Of a DNA stretch of 64,000 nucleotides, positions 50,327 to 59,342 are shown in pieces. The notes under the pieces were generated by a model. The model had not been told where the DNA came from, ran no database searches, and saw nothing but the letters and a program-made list of their open reading frames with translations. The stretch comes from an uncultured Peptococcaceae bacterium (GTDB lineage Bacteria > Bacillota > Desulfotomaculia > Desulfotomaculales > Desulforudaceae): the NCBI GenBank assembly GCA_965544035.1, contig CBEULR010000006.1, positions 60,440 to 124,439 of the forward strand. Direction: 5' to 3'. Position 1 is the stretch's first letter. Every line of letters begins with the position of its first letter. The position numbers were made by a program, and so were the translations under genes.

Positions 50327-50335
50327 GAGCCCCTC

Positions 50336-51727
50336 CTATTTTCCATCGGCCAGCATTCTCAGAGCCTTCACGGTGGGCTGAAGCGCGGTATAGCCGGCCA
50401 GCAGATAACCGGCGTCCGCCGAACCCCCGATCAGTTCCGACACGGCACGCTTGACGTCGGGCAGCGTGGTGATCATACTCACCGGTATCCCGGCGTACTT
50501 CAGACGCACGGCCATCTCCGCAGCACGCTGCCCGCTGCAGATATAGCGCTTGATCCCCGGGTCGGATTCGGCCAGTATCTCAAAATCCACATCCCAGAGC
50601 CACGAAATGTCGCGGCCGTCGGCCGCATTGTCGTTAATCGCGATGTACACATCCTTGCTGCCCGGGGCCGCGAGCAGGATGGCCAGATTCTCGTTAAAAC
50701 CGGCCGGATTCTTGACCAGATTCAGGTAAAGGGGACGTCCCCGGTGACGAAAATGCTGCAGTCGGCCGGTTGCGGGCCGGTAATTCCGCAGGCGTTCCAG
50801 CGCCGATCCCGGTTCCAGACCGAGGCCTGCAACGGCAGCCAGGGCCGCAAGAGCATTGTAGAGGTTATAGAATCCCTGCACGGGCAGGGTCAGACGATAG
50901 TCCTCTCCTCCGATACGAACCCGACAGGACGTACCGTTAATCCCCGACACGGCTTCCCAACCTTCGAAGCCCGGGTCCGGACGGGTGAATCTGCATCCCG
51001 GGCATTCATACAGCCCAAGCTGGCTGTAGTGGTAAAAAGAATAGGCCAGCGCAGCACCGCACAGGGGACATAGGCGGGAGTCGCGCGACGCGCCCGACGT
51101 GTCCAGTACCCGCCCGTGGGGGGCCAGTCCATAGTACTCGGCGGACAAACCACCCAGGCCCAACTGCGCCACCAGCGGGTCGTCGGCATTCAGCACCAGC
51201 CTCGTCCGGGTCAGCCTCTTCAGCGCATCCCGGATAAAGGATACGGTCGTTTCCAATTCGCCGTAACGGTCAAGCTGGTCCCGGAAAAAATTGGTGACAA
51301 CCACCATATCCGGCTTAACCTGACTGACCACCTTGGGAAGACTGGCCTCGTCCACTTCCAATGTCGCGTAGTCGAATGTGTATCCGGGGTTTATCCCGGC
51401 ACTGCGCACGAAGGCGGTCGCGATCCCGGGCAGCATATTGGCGCCTTCCCGGTTGATGACCACGCTGTGTCCCGCAGCGGCAAGCATAGCCGCAATCATA
51501 TGGTTGGTCGTTGTCTTGCCGTTCGTTCCGGTAACCAGCACCGTGCCCCTCCTCGCCCGTGCGGTCAGCTCCCTGAGCATACCCGGAAAAACCCGCAGGG
51601 CAACCCGTCCCGGAAGCGACGAGCCTTGGTGCCCGAATATCCGGGAGAGACCGGCGGTCATTTTCCCCGCCCAGACGGCGGCACACAAACGAAGCGGCAA
51701 ACAAACCCCCCCTATGTGGATTATCAC
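50336..51727 (-). CDS. murT: lipid II isoglutaminyl synthase MurT (Mur ligase family)
   Basis: Mur ligase P-loop VTGTNGKTTT, Cys4 ribbon CPLCG..CPGC and a C-terminal DUF1727-like region. The exact start is uncertain. Confidence 0.8.
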   Translation of the reverse strand: MIIHIGGVCLPLRLCAAVWAGKMTAGLSRIFGHQGSSLPGRVALRVFPGMLRELTARARRGTVLVTGTNGKTTTNHMIAAMLAAAGHSVVINREGANMLPGIATAFVRSAGINPGYTFDYATLEVDEASLPKVVSQVKPDMVVVTNFFRDQLDRYGELETTVSFIRDALKRLTRTRLVLNADDPLVAQLGLGGLSAEYYGLAPHGRVLDTSGASRDSRLCPLCGAALAYSFYHYSQLGLYECPGCRFTRPDPGFEGWEAVSGINGTSCRVRIGGEDYRLTLPVQGFYNLYNALAALAAVAGLGLEPGSALERLRNYRPATGRLQHFRHRGRPLYLNLVKNPAGFNENLAILLAAPGSKDVYIAINDNAADGRDISWLWDVDFEILAESDPGIKRYICSGQRAAEMAVRLKYAGIPVSMITTLPDVKRAVSELIGGSADAGYLLAGYTALQPTVKALRMLADGK

Positions 51728-51859
51728 CCGTTAGTATATATTCCCAATCATCGGCACGGTACTAACCACCCAGGCCCGGACATATAGGCTGGCCCGGAAC
51801 GGTAATAGGGAACAAGGCTGGCAATGTTGCCGTGCTCGGGCCCGGCTGAAAACCGGCTC

Positions 51860-51896
51860 GAAAAAAGGGAAAATTCGCCTTTAAGCGAACTTTCCG
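51860..51896 (-). terminator. intrinsic terminator after flxA (end of the hdr-flx operon)
   Basis: Minus strand: GGAAAGTTCGC-TTAAAG-GCGAATTTTCC followed by CTTTTTTCG. Confidence 0.65.
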
Positions 51897-51922
51897 AAAC
51901 CTGCGACGCATATCTTCTTTGA

Positions 51923-52768
51923 TCAAAACTCCGGCGGAAGTTCCTTAATTTGAACGCGATTGAACACCGGGCCCTCCAGGCAGACAAACTTGTGTCCGAT
52001 GTTGCACCGGCCGCATTTCCCGACTCCGCACTTCATTCTCAGCTCCAGGGTGGAGTAGATCAGTTCGTCCTTAAAGCCCAGTTTCTCCAAACCCTCCAGC
52101 ACGAACTTGATCATGATGGGCGGGCCGCAGAGTACGGCCACCTTATCCTCGCCCTTGGGCGCAATCTCTTCCAGGTAGGCCGGCACGAAACCAACGTGCC
52201 CCTTCCAGCCTTCCTCCTCCCGGTCGATCGTCGTCCAAACCTCACAGCCCGGCAGTTTCGGCCATCTTTCGAAAACATCCTTCTTGAAGCAGAGATCATC
52301 ATACGACCGGGCACCGTAGAGTATCTCCACCTTACCGTAGTCCGCCCGATTCTGCTCGTCCAGCACGAAATCGATCAACGAACGCAGCGGCGCAAGCCCG
52401 ATCCCGCCGCCCACGAACAGGATGTCCCTTCCTTTGAACTGTTCATAAGGAAATCCGTTACCATAAGGGCCGCGCACACCGATCTTCCCGCCCGGTTCCA
52501 GGGAGTGCAGCGCCTTGGTCACCACGCCCGCTTTCCTGATCGTAAACTCCAGAAAATCACGGCGGGTCGGCGTCGAGCTGATCGAAAACATGGCTTCTCC
52601 GGCCCCGAACAACGAGAGCATGGCCAGCTGACCGGGGCGGTTTCGCCAGTTGGCCTGTACTTCCGGATCGTCGAAGGTGATTCGGTAGGTGTTGACATCG
52701 CTGGTTTCCGGAATGATCTCCTGAATGGTGGCCGGCAGGGGCAGCAGGCAGTTGTCCGTCTTTCCCAC
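51923..52768 (-). CDS. flxA: FAD/NAD(P)-binding 2Fe-2S oxidoreductase (FlxA; sulfhydrogenase gamma / PyrK-like)
   Basis: Ferredoxin-reductase fold (RxYS-like FSISS, GGGIGLAPL) and C-terminal CGVGKCGRCNIG..C 2Fe-2S motif. Last gene of the hdrCBA-flxDCBA array. Confidence 0.7.
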   Translation of the reverse strand: MGKTDNCLLPLPATIQEIIPETSDVNTYRITFDDPEVQANWRNRPGQLAMLSLFGAGEAMFSISSTPTRRDFLEFTIRKAGVVTKALHSLEPGGKIGVRGPYGNGFPYEQFKGRDILFVGGGIGLAPLRSLIDFVLDEQNRADYGKVEILYGARSYDDLCFKKDVFERWPKLPGCEVWTTIDREEEGWKGHVGFVPAYLEEIAPKGEDKVAVLCGPPIMIKFVLEGLEKLGFKDELIYSTLELRMKCGVGKCGRCNIGHKFVCLEGPVFNRVQIKELPPEF

Positions 52769-53797
52769 CTAGCCCACCTCCTTAATGTCCGCAATGATCC
52801 GCGTTATATCGATATTTACCGGGCACTCGGCGATGCAGCGCCCGCAGCCTACGCATCCGGGAAGACCGTAACGGTCGTCGTGATAGCTGAGCTTATGCAT
52901 AAACCGGTTGCGCACCCGTTCCTTCTTGGTCGACCTAGGGTTATGGCTGGACGTGTGCAGGGTGAACTCGGTATACATACAGGAATCCCAGCACCGCAGT
53001 CGTCTCCCCTGATGGCCGCGGCTGTCCTCGATGATGTCAAAACAGTGGCAGGTGGGACACAGATAGGTGCAGATACCACACCCGATACACTTGCGCGATA
53101 CCTCCAGCCAGTACGGATGCTCAAACATGGTATCCACTATATCTTTGACGCCGGACAGATCTATATCCCGCTGGAATTGCCCGGCCAGTTCCGCGGCCAG
53201 GGCCTCCTTGCGCCGGCGCCCTTCTTCGTTTCCGTGATCGGTGAACAGGTCACCGTACTCCTTAACCAGGGCTTCCCCCTTGGCCGTCAGGATTTCGGCA
53301 TAATAGCCGTCTCCGATGTCGGTCAGCATCAGATCAGCGCCCTGTCCGTCGGTCGGACCGTACCCGTACGCACGGCAAAAACAGGTGGGCAACACCCGGC
53401 GGCAGGACAGCCCGATAATGGTTGTGCGCTCGCGTTTGCCCAGATAGTATACATCCTTGAACCGCCCGTCAAAGACGGGATCCAGGGCGGCAATCGCCCG
53501 CAGATCGCACGGGTGTACGCCGAAAAGCACTGAAGGCTCCGGTTCCGGTGCGGGTTCTATCTGCAGACCGCCGCTGGATAAATCATAGCTGTAAAGCTCC
53601 TCGGTCTGGGGCAGGAAGTGGCCCTTGGGTGACACCTTCGGCCGGTCAACTCCCCAGGCTACTTCGTCCGCCGAACGCACCGGCTTATAGCTGACAACGC
53701 CGCGGTTATCGGCTGTGGGCGCTATCACCTGCACCCTCTCGGCCAAACGGTCTACTAAAGTTCTGATCCCATCCTTACTGATTATCTTGGCTGACAC
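52769..53797 (-). CDS. flxB: 4Fe-4S dicluster protein (FlxB; sulfhydrogenase beta / AsrA-like)
   Basis: CIGCGICTYLCPTCHC and CVGCGRCIAECP ferredoxin motifs; context. Confidence 0.65.
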   Translation of the reverse strand: MSAKIISKDGIRTLVDRLAERVQVIAPTADNRGVVSYKPVRSADEVAWGVDRPKVSPKGHFLPQTEELYSYDLSSGGLQIEPAPEPEPSVLFGVHPCDLRAIAALDPVFDGRFKDVYYLGKRERTTIIGLSCRRVLPTCFCRAYGYGPTDGQGADLMLTDIGDGYYAEILTAKGEALVKEYGDLFTDHGNEEGRRRKEALAAELAGQFQRDIDLSGVKDIVDTMFEHPYWLEVSRKCIGCGICTYLCPTCHCFDIIEDSRGHQGRRLRCWDSCMYTEFTLHTSSHNPRSTKKERVRNRFMHKLSYHDDRYGLPGCVGCGRCIAECPVNIDITRIIADIKEVG

Positions 53798-53809
53798 TCC
53801 CGCACCTCA

Positions 53810-54796
53810 CTACATAAATTCTTCCGGATCATCCGGGCTGAACGAGCTGAGCAGAGAGTCCTCCGCAATATTCATTCCCGGCGTGTCGATCCCGAAAAGC
53901 TCCATACTGTCCTTCATCATCTTGCGGTAGAGCAGACCAATCGGCAGTGCTACCGGACAGACCCGTTCACATTCGCCGCAGTCGATGCAGCGCCCGACGA
54001 CGTGAAACATCCGGATCAGGTGAAATACCGCATTCTCGGACAGGGTATTGGCCTTGCTGCCGATGATCCCCGACTGCTGCCATCCCGGGACGGCCTGTTC
54101 AAATACGCATTCCTTGCAGTTGCATGCGGGACAGATGTTCCGGCAGGCATTGCACCGCAGACAGCGCGCGAATTCATTATCCCAAAAAGTGCTGCGCTCG
54201 GCCGCATCAAGCCGCTCTATTTCCTCCACCTCGGTAAACTGCCGGGGCGGCTTGCGTGCCGGTGAAGGAACGGCCTCCCCGGCCATAAAGTCGGCGACAA
54301 CGGGCATATTATTCCGGCACTGGTAGCACTTCGGTATCAGGCACTCGTCTTTGGCAAAGCTGAACGAACCCTGATCGGTAACCAGGACAAAAGAATCGCC
54401 CTCATCCCGGATTTCCTCAAGCCGCGAGTCGGCCGGCAGTTTAGACGCAACCCGGTCGCGGTCGAGCATCCCACCGCAGGGCACACCGAGCACGACCAGA
54501 CGCTCCCTCGGGAACTGACGGTCCTCCAGCATCCGGTTAATGCCGCGGCTGTCGCAGCCCTTGACCACCACGGCCAAACGACTATCCTCAAACCGGTAAT
54601 CCAGAAGATACTTCACCAGACTGTTCACACAGAGCGGCCCCCAGGTCAGCTGCTCGGCCTGGTCGGCCGTCTCGGCGAAATACGGCGTGGTACGGGAGAC
54701 ATCGGTGCCGGGGGCGTAGCCGATCACCATCTTTACTTCGCCGTTCTCCAGGAGCCGTCTGGCCTCTCGGCGGAGATTATCGATAATTGCTTTCAC
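53810..54796 (-). CDS. flxC: 4Fe-4S dicluster protein (FlxC)
   Basis: CLRCNACRNICPACNC and CIDCGECERVCP motifs. Its ATG overlaps the flxD stop (ATGA). Confidence 0.65.
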   Translation of the reverse strand: MKAIIDNLRREARRLLENGEVKMVIGYAPGTDVSRTTPYFAETADQAEQLTWGPLCVNSLVKYLLDYRFEDSRLAVVVKGCDSRGINRMLEDRQFPRERLVVLGVPCGGMLDRDRVASKLPADSRLEEIRDEGDSFVLVTDQGSFSFAKDECLIPKCYQCRNNMPVVADFMAGEAVPSPARKPPRQFTEVEEIERLDAAERSTFWDNEFARCLRCNACRNICPACNCKECVFEQAVPGWQQSGIIGSKANTLSENAVFHLIRMFHVVGRCIDCGECERVCPVALPIGLLYRKMMKDSMELFGIDTPGMNIAEDSLLSSFSPDDPEEFM

Positions 54797-55227
54797 TTGC
54801 CATCCCTCATCTTAGTGTTGGGGCCGAGCGCGCGAATGCGTTCGGTCATTTCACGAACCACTTCGCCGACCTTGGCTCCCTCGGATGCTGAAACCCAGCG
54901 AATTTGAAGTCTCTCCGGTTCCAGCCCGATATACTCCATTAAGCGTCTGAACAGCAGGAAACGCCTGCGGGTGTGGTAATTGCCACTAACATAGTGGCAG
55001 TCGCCCGGGTGTCACCCGGAAATAAGCACACCATCGGCCCCGCGCTGAAACGCCCGAAGCACCACATAGGGGTTGATCCGGCTCGAACACGGCACCCGGA
55101 TGATCCTGACGTTCGGCGGATAAGACAGACGGCTCACCCCGGCTAAATCCGCTCCGGCATAACTGCACCAGTTGCAGAAAAAACCGATGATCTTCGGCTC
55201 CCACGCCCTTTCCGGCGCTACAGACAT
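54793..55227 (-). CDS. flxD: MvhD/FlxD-type 2Fe-2S electron-transfer subunit, selenocysteine-containing (UGA at 55014..55012 recoded)
   Basis: [27 protein letters not shown]...[23 protein letters not shown]...[16 protein letters not shown]...ALGP, 144 codons. The ORF track truncates at the in-frame TGA, which falls at the first Cys of the family's GCHxGDCHY motif. Confidence 0.8.
54981..54999 (-). promoter_or_regulatory. candidate bacterial SECIS hairpin
   Basis: UGCCACUA-UGU-UAGUGGCA (8-bp stem) beginning 12 nt after the UGA codon. Confidence 0.55.
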
Positions 55228-57206
55228 ATCGCGTCCACCTCCGCCACCATCTGATCGTTCGTATATCCCCTCACCTGAATCGCCCCGGGACGGCAGGTCA
55301 CGTTGCAGGCCCCGCAGCCCTGGCACAGTCCGGAGTTGACCACGGCCACCTTCCGCTCACGTGGGGCATGGCCGGGAAGCCGTTCGGTGATACTCTGCAG
55401 TTCAATCGCCTTGTACGGGCAGACCGGAATACAGAGTCCGCACCCCGTACACAGCACTTCATTAACCGACGCAATCATCGGATCGGTCGCCATCTCATCC
55501 CGGGAAAGCAGCACGGTGACCTTGGAGGCAGCCCCGGCGGCCTGGGCCACCGTATCGGGGATGTCCTTCGGCCCCTGGCAGGCACCGGCCAAAAAGACTC
55601 CTGCCGTATGGGTCTCAACCGGACGCAGTTTGGGATGAGCTTCCTGGAACCAGGCATCCTTGTCCACCTGGATGGCCAGGAGGCGCGCCAAATCCTCCAC
55701 CCCTCTGGACGGGGTCATCGCTGTGGCCAGAACCACCATGTCGGCCTCGACTTCAACCGGCCTCCCGATCAGGGTGTCGCTGCCGCGCACCACCAGCTTA
55801 TCCCCTGACTGATATATCTTCGAAACCCGGCCGCGTACATACACGGCGCCGTCCTCCACGGTGCGCTGGTAAAACTCTTCGTACGCCTTGCCGGGTGTCC
55901 GCACGTCGATGTAAAAGATATAGACCTTGGCGTCCGGGATCTTTTCCAGCACCTGATGCGCGTGTTTTGCCGTATACATGCAGCACACCCGCGAGCAGTA
56001 CTCCCGGCCCTTCGCCGGATCGCGCGATCCGACGCACTTCACAAACACCACGGTCTTTGGTTCGGTGTTGTCCGACGGCCGCAGGATCTTGCCGCCCGTG
56101 GGTCCGGCGGCGTTCACCAGGCGTTCAAACTGCATTCCGGTCACCACATCGGGGTAGCGGCCGTAGCCGTACTCGCCGTAAGCCGTCGTCCAGTCAAACA
56201 GTTCATACCCCGTAGCGGCCACGATCGCCCCAACCCTCTCGGTGACGATGGTGTCCTGCTGTTCGTAATCTATGGCGCCGACGGTGCAGACTTTCTCGCA
56301 GACCCGACACTTGCCGGTGGTAAAGTAGCGGCAGGCCGCCGCATCGATGACCGGTTTGTTGGGCACGGCCTGCGGAAACGGAATGTAAATCGCCTTGCGT
56401 TTTCCCAGTCCGAGGTTGAAATCATCGGTGACCTTGGTCGGGCATTTGGCCTGGCAGTCACCACAGCCTGTGCATTTGGTATGATCGACATACCGCGCCT
56501 TCTGACGGATGCTGATTTCGAAATTGCCGATGTACCCGCTGACCCCGGTCACCTCGGCATAGGTGTACAGCCTGATGTTCGGATGCGAGGCAACGGCCGC
56601 CATCTTCGGCGTGCTGATGCAGGCCGAGCAGTCGAGCGTCGGAAACGTCTTGTCCAGCTTGGCCATATTGCCGCCGATGGTCGGTTCGCGCTCAACCAGA
56701 ACAACCTCGTGGCCGGCATCGGCCACATCCAGCGCCGTCTGGATACCGGCAATGCCGCCGCCGATCACCAGACACCGCTTGGTCAGCGGAATCGAGGAGG
56801 GGTACAGCGGCTCCAAGAGATTAGCTTTGCCCACCGCACGCCGCACCAGATCCAGGGCCTTCTCCTGCGCCTTTTCACGTTCCTTGCCGTGTACCCAGGC
56901 GCAATGCTCACGCAGGTTGGCCATCTCCAAAAGGTAGGGATTGAGACCGGCTCCGGCCAGTGTCTTCCGGAAAGTCTCCTCGTGCAGCCGCGGCGAACAC
57001 GAGGCCACGACCACCCGGTCCAGGCGGTGATCCTTGACCGCCTGTACAATCATCTGTTGGCCGGGTTCGGAACACATATACTTGTAGTCGGTACTGAACA
57101 CCACTCCGGGAAAGTTCGCGGCCGCTTCCGCGACTCCCGGGCAGTCGATCACCCCGCCGATATTCGAACCACACCAGCAGACAAACACACCAACTCTGGG
57201 CATCAC
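55218..57206 (-). CDS. hdrA: heterodisulfide reductase subunit A (FAD, multiple 4Fe-4S)
   Basis: [25 protein letters not shown] motif, ferredoxin motifs [12 protein letters not shown] and [13 protein letters not shown]-terminal CWCGSNIGG; 662 aa. Confidence 0.9.
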   Translation of the reverse strand: MMPRVGVFVCWCGSNIGGVIDCPGVAEAAANFPGVVFSTDYKYMCSEPGQQMIVQAVKDHRLDRVVVASCSPRLHEETFRKTLAGAGLNPYLLEMANLREHCAWVHGKEREKAQEKALDLVRRAVGKANLLEPLYPSSIPLTKRCLVIGGGIAGIQTALDVADAGHEVVLVEREPTIGGNMAKLDKTFPTLDCSACISTPKMAAVASHPNIRLYTYAEVTGVSGYIGNFEISIRQKARYVDHTKCTGCGDCQAKCPTKVTDDFNLGLGKRKAIYIPFPQAVPNKPVIDAAACRYFTTGKCRVCEKVCTVGAIDYEQQDTIVTERVGAIVAATGYELFDWTTAYGEYGYGRYPDVVTGMQFERLVNAAGPTGGKILRPSDNTEPKTVVFVKCVGSRDPAKGREYCSRVCCMYTAKHAHQVLEKIPDAKVYIFYIDVRTPGKAYEEFYQRTVEDGAVYVRGRVSKIYQSGDKLVVRGSDTLIGRPVEVEADMVVLATAMTPSRGVEDLARLLAIQVDKDAWFQEAHPKLRPVETHTAGVFLAGACQGPKDIPDTVAQAAGAASKVTVLLSRDEMATDPMIASVNEVLCTGCGLCIPVCPYKAIELQSITERLPGHAPRERKVAVVNSGLCQGCGACNVTCRPGAIQVRGYTNDQMVAEVDAICL

Positions 57207-57220
57207 AAAGTCTCCTTAAC

Positions 57221-57400
57221 TGAGTATTCAGGATTCAGTAGTCAGGAGTCAGGAGAGGTCGAACCGCACGAGTCGTCCGGAGGCAACCCGGATGACACAA
57301 AAACTGTTTTCAGGACAGTATTCAGTGGTGAAAGGAAAAGTTGGTTTCGGCTCCGGAACTCTGTTCACCCTACTGACTACTGACTCCTGGCTCCTGACTA
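57221..57400. mobile_element. composite repeat insertion (copy H4) flanked by CTTAAC direct repeats
   Basis: Left arm ATTCAGG ATTCAGT AGTCAGG AGTCAGG (57226-57253). Right arm ACTGACT ACTGACT CCTGGCT CCTGACT+ACT (57372-57402). Enclosed foldback-element terminus at 57259-57299. CTTAAC at 57215-57220 and 57401-57406. Confidence 0.6.
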
Positions 57401-57409
57401 CTTAACAAA

Positions 57410-58273
57410 TTAGCTGCCGACGGCTTTCAAGACGCTTTCCGTAGCTACAAAATGGCTGTTCAGGCCCAGCCGACCCGGGGGCAGCCCCAGGGCCAGTCCC
57501 ATCAACTGGGTAAAATAAAGCACCGGAATACGGAACTTGCTGCCAAATGCACGGTTTACGTGCGCCTGACGGCTGTCCAGATTGTTCTGGCAGAGCGGAC
57601 AGGCCGTGATGATGCAGTTCGCACCGGCCTGGTCGGCATCGCGCAGGATATTGTGCACCAATCGCAGGGCCACTTTTTCATTGGATATCCCCATCGAGGC
57701 ACCGCAGCACTCGGTCTTGTGGCCCCAGTCCACCGCCTCCGCCCCGCATAAGGAAACCAGATGATCCATCGTGCGGGGATCTTCCGGGTCGTCAAAACCG
57801 GTAATTCCGGGAGGACGCACCAGCAGACAGCCGTAATAGCAGACCGCCTTCAAACCGTGGAGCGGCCGGACGATCCTGGAACGGATTATTTCGGGATCGA
57901 GACCGGCAATCACTTCCAATAGTGACTTGACCTCGACCCTCTTGTCGAATGGGGCGCCGGTCACCTGAATCACATTCTCACGTACGGCACGGTCGCTTTC
58001 AATCTTTTTCTGAGCAAAGCGGAGGCGCTGGTAACAGGCGGCACAAGGTATCACGATATCCAGCCCCATCTCCCCGGCCAAAGCAAGGTTGCGGGCCGGA
58101 AGAGCCACACTCAGCAAATGACTGGTGCTGTGCGCCGAAGTGGCGCCGCAGCAATTCCAGTCCGGAATCTCATGCAATTCGATTCCCAATTCACGACAGG
58201 TCTCACGCGAGGACTGGTCATACTCTTTTGCCGTGGCGTGCAGCGAACACCCTGGATAGTAGGCAAGTCTCAT
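57410..58273 (-). CDS. hdrB: heterodisulfide reductase subunit B (CCG domains)
   Basis: MRLAYYPGCSLHATAKEY..DWNCCGA and a second CCG repeat (CYYGC..ECCGA). Confidence 0.9.
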   Translation of the reverse strand: MRLAYYPGCSLHATAKEYDQSSRETCRELGIELHEIPDWNCCGATSAHSTSHLLSVALPARNLALAGEMGLDIVIPCAACYQRLRFAQKKIESDRAVRENVIQVTGAPFDKRVEVKSLLEVIAGLDPEIIRSRIVRPLHGLKAVCYYGCLLVRPPGITGFDDPEDPRTMDHLVSLCGAEAVDWGHKTECCGASMGISNEKVALRLVHNILRDADQAGANCIITACPLCQNNLDSRQAHVNRAFGSKFRIPVLYFTQLMGLALGLPPGRLGLNSHFVATESVLKAVGS

Positions 58274-58839
58274 TCCTTTTCCTCCAGTTTACGGACCGCA
58301 TCAAAAACACGGGCCACCTCTCTTTGCCCCTTAATCCTGGGCGGAAGGAGCTTCATACGTCCTTTAGTCATCAAACCGCAGGCAATGTCGGCATCCTTTA
58401 TCAGCTTGCCGGTACGCAGGTTATGGCCCAACCCGATGCCGAACTCGAAGGCGCGGCCGTATTTCCGGACCGAATCGAGAAATATCTCGTTGAACACACT
58501 GATGCCTCTGACCGCTTTGACGCGACCCTCACGACCGGCGATCACCCGGAGGCAGTCCATTATACCGGCCAGATCAATGTCCTTCGGGCAGCGAGTCGTG
58601 CAGGTGGAACAGGTTGAACACAGCCAAATCGTCCTGGAGTCCAATACCTCGTCCTTCATGCCAAGCTGCAGAAAGCGCATAACTTGGTGCGGAGCGACTT
58701 CCATTTCATTCGCCACCGGGCAACCTGCCGTGCACTTCCCACACTGATAACAGCGGCTGATGTCCTGGCCGGTGGCCTTTTCCACCGCATCCAGAAAACC
58801 GGCGTTCGCTGCGGCTGTTGCTCCCAGATTCACATACAT
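58270..58839 (-). CDS. hdrC: heterodisulfide reductase subunit C
   Basis: CYQCGKCTAGCP and CSTCSTCTTRCP motifs. ATG 58839 has AGAGGGG upstream. The stop overlaps the hdrB start (ATGA). Confidence 0.85.
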   Translation of the reverse strand: MYVNLGATAAANAGFLDAVEKATGQDISRCYQCGKCTAGCPVANEMEVAPHQVMRFLQLGMKDEVLDSRTIWLCSTCSTCTTRCPKDIDLAGIMDCLRVIAGREGRVKAVRGISVFNEIFLDSVRKYGRAFEFGIGLGHNLRTGKLIKDADIACGLMTKGRMKLLPPRIKGQREVARVFDAVRKLEEKE

Positions 58840-59342
58840 TGACGTGTTTCCCCTCTTAGAAGAACTAATGGCCCCTCCCGATCGCAAAAGCCGAGAAAAA
58901 AGGCCCGAATATGCTACTTTATTCGCGACCTCACGGATAAACCCTCTTTTCAGTTTACCACGAATTTCGGCTAAAAGTTAATCTTGAAATGTCAACCGAC
59001 TGCGCAATATTTTGATTTGACGCCTGGTGCTGCAGCCCCCCCGGCCGTCGCCTGCTCCCCTTGTCCTGAATTCCTGCGGGGTTACATTTCTCCCGCCTGC
59101 TGCTCAGAGACCCTGCTTCCGCCCCCGGTTCCGGCTCCAAACCCCCGCCCCTCGTCTCCTGCCCTCCGACCGCCCCTTACTGCTTCTCAAATGATTGTCC
59201 AGACCCCTTATCCAAAACTAAAACTCCGCTCCTTCTGACTACTACTTAATGATTTTCTTTAGAATTGACCGCACAATACCGGGCAAACGAAAGAAGTACA
59301 CGCGCAAAGACGCTCCCCCCAATTCGCTTTTCTCTTATTCTA

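Noticed and set aside
54986-55204. 72-aa ORF (54986..55204 -) as the gene downstream of the truncated MvhD ORF
   Set aside because: It is in a different frame and has an Arg/Gly-rich nonsense-like sequence. The in-frame read-through of the UGA gives a family-typical MvhD C-terminus instead.
58984-59238. 84-aa Pro-rich ORF and 61-aa ORF in the dinG-hdrC spacer
   Set aside because: Neither has a Shine-Dalgarno sequence. Their composition is dictated by the C/G-run tract and there are no recognisable domains.
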